Counted from the first letter of the stretch, positions 29,418 through 39,846 are shown. The stretch is DNA of 64,000 nt from Thermoproteota archaeon (GCA_029258885.1 JAPDJW010000002.1:515168-579167), one strand, 5' to 3'. Made by a program: numbers and translations. Notes: generated by a model not told the origin, from the sequence alone.

Positions 29418-30776
29418 TTACTCGGGTTTTAGTAGCCACTTCTTTATGGTTCCTATCCATTCGGCCTTATAGCGTGCTATTACCTTATTATTTTTCCGAT
29501 TAAAGTTTGTCTGGTTTTGACTCATACCACTATGTGCATAAAAGTTCCTTATTTCATAGCCACGAAACTCCTTTCCCGTAAGTTTAGAAGTCTGCTCTCT
29601 CACGTCTCTCTCTAAGAAATACGTTAAAATCTTCTGCCCAAGCTTCTCATATAGTTCCTTAAATACCTCCTCTATGTATCCAAGCTCAGGCTCTCTCCCA
29701 TCTATCTTCTCCCTCCAGAATCTCGCTATGCTTTCAAGTAGTGCTGCTGAATACAGGATATTAGCAATCACCTTACTATTAAGAGGTATCCTCTCAATGA
29801 ACAGCTTGTTACCCTCAATTCTAGTCTCGGTTCTCTCCAAGAGGATACGTATTAATTCCTTAGTTTTCGACAGCGTATTCATACTGGTATTCATATCCTC
29901 TTCCTCGAAATGAATCAATTTATCATGGAAGAATGCGAGTGGTATATTGTATTTAATAGCGTTAAAGGCAGGCTTAAGCTTCCTCCACAATCTATCTACT
30001 AAATCCCTCAGCTCAACATATTGTTTTAAATCTCTAACCTCGTTCATCACCTTCTCCTTTTCCTCCTTACTCCCTGCACCAAATATCATGTCCGCCTTTA
30101 CCCTACCTTTAAAGGGTAGCTCAAAGAAAGCCTTAACATCAACCTCATGAGAATAAATAGCAGCCGACTTTACACCACCAACCACAGGGCTCGAAACGTG
30201 GAAATACACCTTCTTATCGTATTCCCCATAAACAATATTCCGCAGCTTCTCAAAGACAATTAAAGCCCTCAGCGCCTCCACCAGAGCCGACACATATATA
30301 TTATGTCCAATAGAGATATCCGCGTGAACCTCAGAGTATCCTCCCCTCATCACCCTATCGGTAAGAGCAATAAACATCTCAGCAACCACATTATCATAAG
30401 ACACATTAAAAACCATCCTACTACCTTCCCTCAGGCTATACTCTCCAATAGAACTTACAACCTCAGACGAATCCTTACATATCTTCTCCCAGAAAACTTT
30501 CTCCAAAAGCTTCCTCCTCAACTCCACTCTATTTCTAACCAGCTCCTCTACCTCATTAATAGAATAATTTTTCCTTAAAGCCAAGAGACTTTCAGGCATA
30601 AAAACTAAAAGATCCACCTCACAGCCTTTATCAGAAAAATAGTTATAAAGCGCTTGAAAAGGCGTATAAGACCGATAAATACTACCCCTTTCTCCTATAA
30701 TTTTATAGTCAACCTCATCATAGCCTTCTAGCTTACCTAATACTCCAATTACCAGAATCCTAGACATACCTCCCAC
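29418..30776 (-). CDS. csx1: Csx1-family CARF-HEPN ribonuclease
   Basis: N-terminus 'RILVIGVLGKLEGYDEVDYKI' is typical of Csx1. C-terminal HEPN 'RNFYAHSG' (R-x4-H). 452 aa. Confidence 0.7.
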   Translation of the reverse strand: MGGMSRILVIGVLGKLEGYDEVDYKIIGERGSIYRSYTPFQALYNYFSDKGCEVDLLVFMPESLLALRKNYSINEVEELVRNRVELRRKLLEKVFWEKICKDSSEVVSSIGEYSLREGSRMVFNVSYDNVVAEMFIALTDRVMRGGYSEVHADISIGHNIYVSALVEALRALIVFEKLRNIVYGEYDKKVYFHVSSPVVGGVKSAAIYSHEVDVKAFFELPFKGRVKADMIFGAGSKEEKEKVMNEVRDLKQYVELRDLVDRLWRKLKPAFNAIKYNIPLAFFHDKLIHFEEEDMNTSMNTLSKTKELIRILLERTETRIEGNKLFIERIPLNSKVIANILYSAALLESIARFWREKIDGREPELGYIEEVFKELYEKLGQKILTYFLERDVREQTSKLTGKEFRGYEIRNFYAHSGMSQNQTNFNRKNNKVIARYKAEWIGTIKKWLLKPE

Positions 30777-31318
30777 AACATACTTAAATTTACATAAGCC
30801 ATATATAGGTTACATTACCAATACTAAACCTTAACTACTCAATGCTGATACTACCTAATCAACTAAATTACTTTAACGCTCTTGTTTTAAGGCTACATGA
30901 CCTATCACTTCTATTAGCCAGTGGCATCTCTGTTACTTGCTCGTCTGTGAGGGTTAGCTTAAGCTTAACCCGATCCATACGCTATAAATGCATTACAACA
31001 ATAAATCATTAACCTAAAAACAAGAGCGTACTTTAAAAATCAGTAAGCAAGAATTTAATCAGATCCTATATTTACAGCGTGTCTCAATTCTTTAAGGATA
31101 TATCGCTAAGGTTATATCTATACACGAGAAAACATACCGTAAACTATCGAAGGTTAAGAGCATGTTAAAATCAAGAAACTTCAATGAAATAATAGAGAGG
31201 CTTATAGAGATATTCTACGAGGAGCGTAGACGGCGACTCCTGGAAATAATAAAGGAGACAAAACTGCCAGAAGAAGAGGTAAAGAAAGTTAAGGAGGCAG
31301 TAAGGAGGATAAGGGAGC

Positions 31319-31480
31319 GTGACTGGTGGTAAAATAGTTCTAGATACATTCATAATAGAATTACTGGATAGAGGACAGGTTTCTTTCTACCAAGAAACCC
31401 CTAGCAGTAAAGACAGGAAAAGCGAAACAGCTCTACAAAACACCAAACAAGCACTCCTTCTTCAAGAGCACCAGCTATAG
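31319..31480 (+). pseudogene. Truncated PIN (vapC-like) remnant preceded by a 56-aa antitoxin-like ORF (31162..31332)
   Basis: GTG-initiated 'VTGGKIVLDTFIIELLDRGQ...' has a PIN-type 'lDT' N-terminus but stops after 53 codons. It overlaps the stop of a helical 56-aa ORF ('MLKSRNFNEIIERLIEIFYEERRRRLLEIIKETKLPEEEVKKVKEAVRRIRERDWW'). Confidence 0.25.
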
Positions 31481-31526
31481 CAGAAAATGCAACATTTAAA
31501 GCAAAGATGGATCACAGGGGTATTTA

Positions 31527-34500
31527 CTCTCAATTCTCTTTTTTGAGAGTATTTCTGTAGCGCATGGTTAGAAGGGAGGGATATAGGTATAATTCAAACT
31601 GGAGGGGTGGGCTCTCAATTCTCTTTTTTAGAGTATTTCTGTAGCTCAAAAGAGAAGTCTTAATTCAGGAGCTTAAGGAACTCTAAATCCTTCTTCTCTC
31701 AATTCTCTTTTTTGAGAGTATTTCTGTAGCCTAACTGTGTTAAGATTTTAACGATTAGAGGCAAGGCTCTCTCCTCTCAATTCTCTTTTTTGAGAGTATT
31801 TCTGTAGCAGTTCTGGAGAAGGCGACCTGTCTACTTTGTTTACTTGGGCTTTCTCTCAATTCTCTTTTTTGAGAGTATTTCTGTAGCAGGCTTGAGGAAA
31901 AGGGTTGGATACTACATAAGGTGATAACTCTCAATTCTCTTTTTTGAGAGTATTTCTGTAGCTTCAAATAGAGGATTGGCTTTACGACAGAGAAATCGAG
32001 GAAATCTCTCAATTCTCTTTTTTGAGAGTATTTCTGTAGCAAAGATGTAGTCGAGAATAGATATATGAGAGAAAAATATGCGACTCTCAATTCTCTTTTT
32101 TGAGAGTATTTCTGTAGCAAGCCTGTTTTTCACACCGACAGCCCCGTGGCTGTAAAGAGCTCTCAATTCTCTTTTTTGAGAGTATTTCTGTAGCTGCAGT
32201 GGTGTTTGCGTATGTTATGTATCAGGCGTATATGGCCTCTCAATTCTCTTTTTTGAGAGTATTTCTGTAGCGCTTATGATGAAATAGATAAAGACGGGCC
32301 TAAATGCATAATCTCTCAATTCTCTTTTTTGAGAGTATTTCTGTAGCAGATAAGAGAATTCTGATGCTGAGAAATGAGATTATCATCTCTCAATTCTCTT
32401 TTTTGAGAGTATTTCTGTAGCCAGCAAAATTATTAGTTTTTCTAATTGGGGTTAAAAATGGCCTCTCAATTCTCTTTTTTGAGAGTATTTCTGTAGCAAG
32501 AAGAGAAGGAGACTGGTGGTGGCAAACCAACAGGTACACCTCTCAATTCTCTTTTTTGAGAGTATTTCTGTAGCATTTATGACAGAGACTTTAGTTACAC
32601 TGTCTCCAGAACAACCTCTCAATTCTCTTTTTTGAGAGTATTTCTGTAGCGTTACAGTAATGCTTGTGTATACAGACTTCACATAATTGCCTCTCAATTC
32701 TCTTTTTTGAGAGTATTTCTGTAGCTCAGAAAAAAGGAGAAAAAAGATACATACCTTTCAAAATTGACTCTCAATTCTCTTTTTTGAGAGTATTTCTGTA
32801 GCAGTTAAGAGAAAAGTATGGAGTGGCCACATGGAAACTAATTCCTCTCAATTCTCTTTTTTGAGAGTATTTCTGTAGCTATGGAGCTGTGAACCCGTGG
32901 GATGGCGTAGGATCCGCTACCTCTCAATTCTCTTTTTTGAGAGTATTTCTGTAGCAAAAGTATATAGCATTCACTACAGAGGAATGGGAAAAGTATCTCT
33001 CAATTCTCTTTTTTGAGAGTATTTCTGTAGCACGCCGCCATAACCAACAAGGAGTGGCGTGATGTGGTTATTGACTCTCAATTCTCTTTTTTGAGAGTAT
33101 TTCTGTAGCGAGCTAAAGGAAAAGGAGTTTACAGCCTATGACGTATCAGCTCTCAATTCTCTTTTTTGAGAGTATTTCTGTAGCATAATAAATGTATCCT
33201 ACAGGTATGATTCCTCCACTGACTCCTCTCAATTCTCTTTTTTGAGAGTATTTCTGTAGCGCAAGTTACACTATGCAATTCTCCATGAGCATAAGGCTAA
33301 GACTCTCAATTCTCTTTTTTGAGAGTATTTCTGTAGCCCCTGAGTATCGGGGGCTGGAGTTAATAGGCTTCCTTACTGTTCTCTCAATTCTCTTTTTTGA
33401 GAGTATTTCTGTAGCCAAGAGGATAGTTAAAGCTGGTATCCATCCATTAGAGAAGAGCTCTCAATTCTCTTTTTTGAGAGTATTTCTGTAGCGTGTATGT
33501 ATGAAGGATGTAATTGAAAGATTAAAGAAATTCTCTCAATTCTCTTTTTTGAGAGTATTTCTGTAGCCATGGAATTACGACTGTACACGTAAAGCTTTCA
33601 TTGAGATACGCTCTCAATTCTCTTTTTTGAGAGTATTTCTGTAGCAATAACATATAGGAAATTTGAGGAAATTCAGAAATTACCTAACTCTCAATTCTCT
33701 TTTTTGAGAGTATTTCTGTAGCCCAGATAATGCAAAGTACTTCCTTCGAAGATATTTCACAAACCTCTCAATTCTCTTTTTTGAGAGTATTTCTGTAGCA
33801 TAAAACTGAAAAGAAAATAGCCAATTACAATAATAAGATAACTCTCAATTCTCTTTTTTGAGAGTATTTCTGTAGCCCCGTATTAAAATTGCTTGAAGAA
33901 AAATATAATTTAAGATTTCTCTCAATTCTCTTTTTTGAGAGTATTTCTGTAGCTTAAAGATGAAATTGAAGCAAGAACAAAAGCCAATCAAAAGATCTCT
34001 CAATTCTCTTTTTTGAGAGTATTTCTGTAGCGAAGCTAATATAGTCTTTATAAAGCTCCTAGGATTTCTTAGCCTCTCAATTCTCTTTTTTGAGAGTATT
34101 TCTGTAGCGAATTGAATTTGAATTTGGAATACATAGGTTGGGTATAAACCTCTCAATTCTCTTTTTTGAGAGTATTTCTGTAGCTATCGTTCGGTTTAGA
34201 ATTTGAGTTTGGCATCCACAGATTAGGAACTCTCAATTCTCTTTTTTGAGAGTATTTCTGTAGCGCGACCACTATGCTGCACTCTCAGACAGTGTACACG
34301 GCACACTGGCTCTCAATTCTCTTTTTTGAGAGTATTTCTGTAGCAAAATTATTCATCATAAAATGCTTGAAAATATTCTTAGCGACTTACTCTCAATTCT
34401 CTTTTTTGAGAGTATTTCTGTAGCGCAGGAAGAGAAACGAGAAGATTGATGTTCTCCGTGAAGTATTGGACTCTCAATTCTCTTTTTTGAGAGTATTTCT

Positions 34501-34973
34501 GTAGCTTGGAAAGGATAGGCTCTACTAGTGTTCATTTAGACGGTAATCTCTCAATTCTCTTTTTTGAGAGTATTTCTGTAGCACACAATATAATATGTAT
34601 AGAGTGTCCAGAGAACTAGAAAGAACAATACTCTCAATTCTCTTTTTTGAGAGTATTTCTGTAGCCCAATTTTAAAGATACTTGAGGAAAAATATAATTT
34701 AAGATTTCTCTCAATTCTCTTTTTTGAGAGTATTTCTGTAGCTAAGCAATAGATTTGTAGCGAAAATAAACCAGCTTATAATTAAATCTCTCAATTCTCT
34801 TTTTTGAGAGTATTTCTGTAGCTGGCTGTGAACGGCAGGGTGGTTGAGCCTGAGTACTGGAACGCTCTCAATTCTCTTTTTTGAGAGTATTTCTGTAGCG
34901 TTTTTGTAGGAGTATAGGCGGTGAGGTTAAGGAGAAAGCTCTCAATTCTCTTTTTTGAGAGTATTTCTGTAGC
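31527..34973 (-). CRISPR. CRISPR array 1: 45 repeats of 35 nt, 44 spacers (39-50 nt)
   Basis: The + strand repeat is CTCTCAATTCTCTTTTTTGAGAGTATTTCTGTAGC (first copy 31527..31561, last 34939..34973). The reverse complement GCTACAGAAATACTCTCAAAAAAGAGAATTGAGAG ends in a handle-like ATTGAGAG. The AT-rich leader is on the right flank. The only degenerate copy (1-nt deletion, 31612..31645) is at the far left, so the array is read on the minus strand. Confidence 0.98.
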
Positions 34974-35372
34974 TGTTTTTGTTGTGTTTATATTTTGTCT
35001 CTTTTTGTATTTATGCGTTTCGGTGTTTTAGCAAAACTGCATTCTACGTTTAGCCCTATTTAAAGGGGTATATATACAAATATTTTTCAACTATATAAAA
35101 TCGATGGATAAAATATATAAGCTTGAATTTTTGGCAGCGGATCTTTTTCTCTTTTTAGAAATGATCTTATTGCTATAATTATGAAATTATTAATGTATGC
35201 TGGGGAATATGGTATATTATTTTTAATATTTTTATCTACTTATTAAAAATTTATTTTTGAAAATATTTTTGGAATGTTTTATCATAGTGATTTTTCATGA
35301 AAAGAGAAATAAATCATATATAAAGGGGGTCAATGATTATAAGCCGTAAAATTGCCAAATGTTCAATTTGGT
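34974..35372 (-). promoter_or_regulatory. CRISPR leader of array 1 (inverted duplicate of leader 2)
   Basis: AT-rich ~400 bp abutting the last repeat. Its reverse complement aligns by eye with 47501..47898, near-identical over the ~170 nt next to the repeats (including TTTGTATATATACCCCTTTAAATAGGGC) and over a distal ~75-nt block. Confidence 0.8.
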
Positions 35373-35406
35373 TAATGTTATATTTTTGTTTGCTGTTTTA
35401 TTGTTT

Positions 35407-36453
35407 ATGGAGTTTAGGGAGCTTGTTGGTAGGTTTAGGTGGCGTAGTTTCGAGGATTATTTGGGTGAGGAGGATTCTGTTCTTGCTGAGGATGTTAGGT
35501 TTTTCCGTAGGGTTAGGGGTGAGCTTAGGCGTTTTGTTGAGGGTTTGAGGGGTTTTAGGGATAGGCTTAGGCGTATCGATCTGGGTAGGATTGATGTTTT
35601 TAGGTCTCTCCTGTATGAGGGTCGTGTCTGTGGTGTTGATGGTACTATTGCTGTCTATCCTACTCCCATAGGCGTTAAGTGTAGGATTGGTGTTATTGCT
35701 GTTAACTATGCTGGCGGTAGGCTGGAGAAGGTTGTTTATGTTAGTGATGCAAACTTGATTGATGAGGAGTTGAGGAGGGTTGATGAGCTTCTCTCCTCCC
35801 TTGAGAGAGTTGTCCGTTTCTCCAGGCTCCTCTATAGGACTATTATGCTGTATGAGGAGAGGAGGATTGCCCTTGAGAGAGATGAGGATTGGAGGATTGT
35901 TCATGGACCATTGATTCCTCTCGAGTTTAGGCTTGGTAGGCTTGGTGTTGAGGGCGTTCTTGAAGCCTGTCTTGAGCTTGGCGCTAAGCTTATCGATGAT
36001 GGCCATGTGATTGGTGTTCTTTCATCCACTAATAGGCTTAGGATTGCGAGTTTAGGCTATATCCTTAATCCTGGTGAATACCTGTATGTGGGTGAGCTCG
36101 GCCGGATTATGGAGGCTGAGAAGAGGAGGCTTACGGCTGAGGAGGAGTCGCTTGTGGACGACTTCATATCCAAGTATGGCTCTAAAGTAGCCTTGGGTAT
36201 ATATAGGGTTGGGGCTAGAAGCTTCGTTTTTGAGGCTAGGAAAGATTTCTTCGATAATGCTGCACACCTTATAATTGCCGACTCACTGAATAATAGGTTT
36301 AAGGGTTTTCCCCTGCTCCTCGACTATGCGGATTCTATGTGTAGGACTCTGCTTAACAGCAGCGATTTTGAGAGGAAGATTGAGAACATGTATCTCATCG
36401 AGGAAGGGGAGGAAGGCCTATTATCCTTCGACGAGAGGAGGCTTAGAGGCTGA
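35407..36453 (+). CDS. NurA-like nuclease (divergent)
   Basis: 'RVCGVDGTIAVYP' (NurA 'aiDGs'), 'WRIVHGPLIP' (position of 'lmDGsL'), 'GFPLLLDYADSMC' (position of 'GYPfpL..AH'). I prefer the ATG at 35407 because the track start at 35359 lies inside the duplicated leader. Confidence 0.5.
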   Translation: MEFRELVGRFRWRSFEDYLGEEDSVLAEDVRFFRRVRGELRRFVEGLRGFRDRLRRIDLGRIDVFRSLLYEGRVCGVDGTIAVYPTPIGVKCRIGVIAVNYAGGRLEKVVYVSDANLIDEELRRVDELLSSLERVVRFSRLLYRTIMLYEERRIALERDEDWRIVHGPLIPLEFRLGRLGVEGVLEACLELGAKLIDDGHVIGVLSSTNRLRIASLGYILNPGEYLYVGELGRIMEAEKRRLTAEEESLVDDFISKYGSKVALGIYRVGARSFVFEARKDFFDNAAHLIIADSLNNRFKGFPLLLDYADSMCRTLLNSSDFERKIENMYLIEEGEEGLLSFDERRLRG

Positions 36454-36472
36454 ATTCATGTAGCTAAGGTCT

Positions 36473-37417
36473 CTAGGAGTTTTCAAGGGTATTCTTAGCC
36501 CTTATATTGATGGGTGCTTCTTGCTGTTTTTGAATGATGTGTAGCACTATTGCGGATGCTAGGAATAAGATACCTATGACGCCTGCATTTAATCCCGCCA
36601 TAGCGTATTCCAGTATGTGTGCATAGGATTTCTCATACCATCGGAGCTCTATGAATAGTTGAACTTTAATGTCTACGGGTTTTAGGTAGCTCCTATTCAT
36701 CGATATCAATACTTTTAGCGTCGGCTCATTCAGCTCCATTTTCTCTACAACGTAGTATAGGTTTGTATTGTATTTCTCCCTCGGTACGGTGAACGTGAAT
36801 ATGTATAGTGATTTTCCTGTTCCATTAAAGTATGATTTAAACGGTAAGCCTGCCCTCCATTTCTCGAAGTTTTGTTCATCTAAGATGTATAGGTTGAATT
36901 TCTGTCCGTTCATCTCCTCAGCCCTTCCCGAAATCACTATTGAGGTTTTAGGGGGAAATGTTAGCGGCGTTTTTGAGGCGTATGCTGAATTATTGTATAC
37001 TGTAAGCGTATCTGTAAGGAATTCTTCTGTAATGTTTTCTAGAGCCATGTTTACTATCGTCATCTTCAGGCCCCTACCTAATTCGGAGTAGTTTATGGGA
37101 AAGGAGAAGATGTATCCGGAGACGTTCTCGGCCTTCACATAGGAGTCTATGTAGAGGCTGAAGGATTCCCTAACATCAGGGTATTCGTCGAGTACGCCGA
37201 TGCAGCCGAATACAGTTAAATTTCTCCTATTAGCAAGGGGTAATTGTAAGGTATAGGATATGGTATCACTGTATGCCTCGTGGATAGTTATGGTGCTATC
37301 CTTTAAGATTACGGCCTTAGGGCTCCACTCCTCGTAGGTAAATGGAATTAAAGCCACTACTAAGCTTAAGAATATAAGGGTTAATCCTATTAATCCTATG
37401 AATTCGGTAAACTTCAC
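36473..37417 (-). CDS. Membrane-anchored protein (N- and C-terminal TM helices, large external domain)
   Basis: 314-aa ORF. N-terminal 'IGLIGLTLIFLSLVVALIPF', C-terminal 'GLNAGVIGILFLASAIVLHII', several N-x-S/T sequons. GTG start. Confidence 0.55.
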   Translation of the reverse strand: MKFTEFIGLIGLTLIFLSLVVALIPFTYEEWSPKAVILKDSTITIHEAYSDTISYTLQLPLANRRNLTVFGCIGVLDEYPDVRESFSLYIDSYVKAENVSGYIFSFPINYSELGRGLKMTIVNMALENITEEFLTDTLTVYNNSAYASKTPLTFPPKTSIVISGRAEEMNGQKFNLYILDEQNFEKWRAGLPFKSYFNGTGKSLYIFTFTVPREKYNTNLYYVVEKMELNEPTLKVLISMNRSYLKPVDIKVQLFIELRWYEKSYAHILEYAMAGLNAGVIGILFLASAIVLHIIQKQQEAPINIRAKNTLENS

Positions 37418-37604
37418 GAGTAAATATATCTGTTAATCCTTTATTAAGTTTTCAGTTTCACAGTTAAATCTATGCTTTAAGATTATGAGTGACTAGGTAC
37501 AGCCTATTATCAGCAGCTTATAAGGCGTAATCCTTTAGATTTTAGCTGAAGGAATAGTTAGTTTTATTAAATCAGGGTTTTAATATTATATTCGAGGGGT
37601 TTTT

Positions 37605-39203
37605 GTGTCTAGTAGGCCGATTGGCTATGTGGCTTTCGATACTAAGGTTGATACCCAGTATTCTAGCCTCTCCGCTATAAACGTGTTTATGGATAATATT
37701 GATAAGATCCATAGGGGCAAGTATGTCCGCATAGACTCTACTGAGGGTAGGAGGTTTGTTGGGCAGGTTGTAGCTGGCCCATTCTATATGCCTGAGGGGC
37801 TTAGCCCCAGCTCTCACGTTGCTCAAGCTTTTACGATTAGGGGTGAGAGGTTTAAGTCTCTTCCACCCTACTACGCCGTCTTCTACGTTGAGATACTTGG
37901 TGAGTGGGAGAAGGAGTTTAAGTCCACCTATACTAAGCCTAGGCCTAAGTCCCCCGTATACGAGATGGGTGCTCTCGAGATATCGGATATCCTCGGCCTA
38001 AGCAAGGGTGACATGGTTTTAGGCCATCATATCGGGTATAAGGGCGTTAAGATTAAGCTTCCATCAAGCCACATGGACGTTTTACCTAGGAACGTCGGCA
38101 TATTCGGAACCGTTGGCAGCGGGAAGACTAATACAGCACAGGTTCTCATAGAGGAGGCCGCGAGACACAACTGGAGTGTTATAGTGATAGATATTGAGGG
38201 CGAATACACCTACATGGACTATCCGAACGACGACCCCGAGATGTATGAAGTACTGAAGAGCATATACGGCATCGAGCCGTTTAAAATAGAGAATTTCCAC
38301 GTATTCGTCCCCGTAGGTAGGGATTCTACGCGTGGAAGCGAGGCAGTTAGATTCGGTATACCGTTCTTCCAGATAAACCCGTACGTGTTGGCCGAGATTA
38401 TCAGGGCTACCGAGCCACAGCAGAGGTATCTGAGCATAGCTATAGGTGAGCTTTTAAGCCTAAGGGAGGGAAGCGGAGCCGAGGAGGCTACGGAGTTCGA
38501 GGAGTTCGCCTTCGGAGGCTCCAAGGAGGTTGAGCCTATAACTCTCGAGGAGGTAATTAACCATATTGAAAGTAAGATTAGCTCTACTAGGGATAGGGGT
38601 GTCGTCTCCGCCCTAACCGCGCTATCGACGAAGCTTAGGAGGCTTGACCTTTACGGCGTTATTGATGAGGGCAAGCCTATAGACTTCAGCTCTATACTTA
38701 AGCCAGGCCACGTTTCGGTCCTAGATGTAAGCGATGTTGAAGATAACGTTAGGAATATATGTATAGCCTGGCTCCTCGACACAGTGTTTAACCTTAAGCT
38801 TAGGGATGTCGAGAGGAAGCTGCCTAAAATCATGATCGTAATTGAGGAGGCACACGCCTTCGTAAGTAAGGAGGTTAGGGATAAGATGGAGGCTACGATC
38901 GACCTGCTTAAGAGGATAGCTAGGAGGGGTAGGAAGAGGTGGATATCCCTCGTATTCATATCCCAGCAGCCCGGCCACCTCCCGCCGGAGATATTCGAGC
39001 TATGTAACACTAGAATTATACATCAGCTTAGAAGCGAGATGAATATTAAGGCTATTAGGGAGACCACCGGAGCATTAACGAGGGAGCTTGCCCGGAATAT
39101 AGTCAACCTATCGAAGGGTGAGGCTATAGTCACATCCCCCGTACTAAGGTATCCAGTACTATGTAAGATAAGGCCAGCCGCTACCAAGAGGTTTAAACAC
39201 TAG
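37605..39203 (+). CDS. herA: HerA-family (FtsK/HerA superfamily, DUF87) ATPase
   Basis: HAS-barrel-like N-terminus 'IGYVAFD...GKYVRIDSTEGRRFVGQVV', Walker A 'GIFGTVGSGKTNTAQ', 'VIVIDIEGEY', Walker B 'IMIVIEEAHAFV', 'LVFISQQPGHLPPEIFELCNTRIIHQLR'. Confidence 0.85.
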   Translation: MSSRPIGYVAFDTKVDTQYSSLSAINVFMDNIDKIHRGKYVRIDSTEGRRFVGQVVAGPFYMPEGLSPSSHVAQAFTIRGERFKSLPPYYAVFYVEILGEWEKEFKSTYTKPRPKSPVYEMGALEISDILGLSKGDMVLGHHIGYKGVKIKLPSSHMDVLPRNVGIFGTVGSGKTNTAQVLIEEAARHNWSVIVIDIEGEYTYMDYPNDDPEMYEVLKSIYGIEPFKIENFHVFVPVGRDSTRGSEAVRFGIPFFQINPYVLAEIIRATEPQQRYLSIAIGELLSLREGSGAEEATEFEEFAFGGSKEVEPITLEEVINHIESKISSTRDRGVVSALTALSTKLRRLDLYGVIDEGKPIDFSSILKPGHVSVLDVSDVEDNVRNICIAWLLDTVFNLKLRDVERKLPKIMIVIEEAHAFVSKEVRDKMEATIDLLKRIARRGRKRWISLVFISQQPGHLPPEIFELCNTRIIHQLRSEMNIKAIRETTGALTRELARNIVNLSKGEAIVTSPVLRYPVLCKIRPAATKRFKH

Positions 39204-39846
39204 ATTTAAGGAGGGATTTAACTAGCCTGTATGCTTCAGCTATATCCAGCTTGGAATCCCTACTCCTCAGCCTATTTATCATTCTCCTTACAAACCTCCT
39301 GTCCTCACTCCTTAAGTCCTCAAGCTTTAACATCTCCCTTAGAGCGGATATCATGAGTAGTTTCGCATACTTCACCTGCCCGGTGGTGGTTGCTTTGCTT
39401 GCTATAGCCAGCGATTTTTCGGCTTTACCGAATATAATCTTTCTCCAATCTTTAGCCTTCCTCTCCCTCACTTCATATAGTGCATATCCCTCAAAGACTA
39501 TAGCTCCCCTTAACCTAAGCTGCTTAGGTAGTTTCTGCCTCCATGGGGCTACGTATACGTTCTCAGATATTCTCCTTAAACCGCATTTATCTAGGTTTTC
39601 TCCGACAGCTACTATTACCCTATCTCCCTTAACGCTGCCGCTTTCTAGGGCTTTTAACCCGCATAGGGTTAGTGTAATGTATCCTCCATCCACATTGATG
39701 TAGCCCTTCTCTATCAGGCTGTTTAATGCGCTCGATAATCCGCTTACATCTTCATCTATCGACTTAGCCAGATTGGAAATGCTTATTTTACCCTTCCTCT
39801 TAACTATCTAAAGGATATTTAGTTCAACTATGCTAAGTGTATCCAC
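39193..39846 (-). pseudogene. wHTH protein gene interrupted by an in-frame TAG (39808..39810); paralog of 39847..40548
   Basis: The track ORF starts at GTG 39693. The same frame continues upstream as 'IVKRKGKISISNLAKSIDEDVSGLSSALNSLIEKGYIN', and beyond the TAG as 'MDTLSIVELNIL' (GTG 39846). Together these form a complete wHTH. Confidence 0.55.

Noticed and set aside
31755-34156. Track ORFs inside array 1 (31755..32120, 31912..32166, 32452..32697, 33273..33491, 33845..34156) with repetitive 'LQKYSQKRELR' / 'ATEILSKKRIE' peptides.
   Set aside because: They are translations of the 35-nt CRISPR repeat in different frames, so the periodic peptide is an artefact and not a coding repeat.
35333-36006. 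Track ORFs 35333..35548 (+), 35398..36006 (-), and the 35359 start of the NurA-like ORF.
   Set aside because: 35333/35359 begin inside the duplicated CRISPR leader. 35398..36006 is antisense to the motif-bearing NurA-like frame and has low-complexity P/T/N-rich composition.
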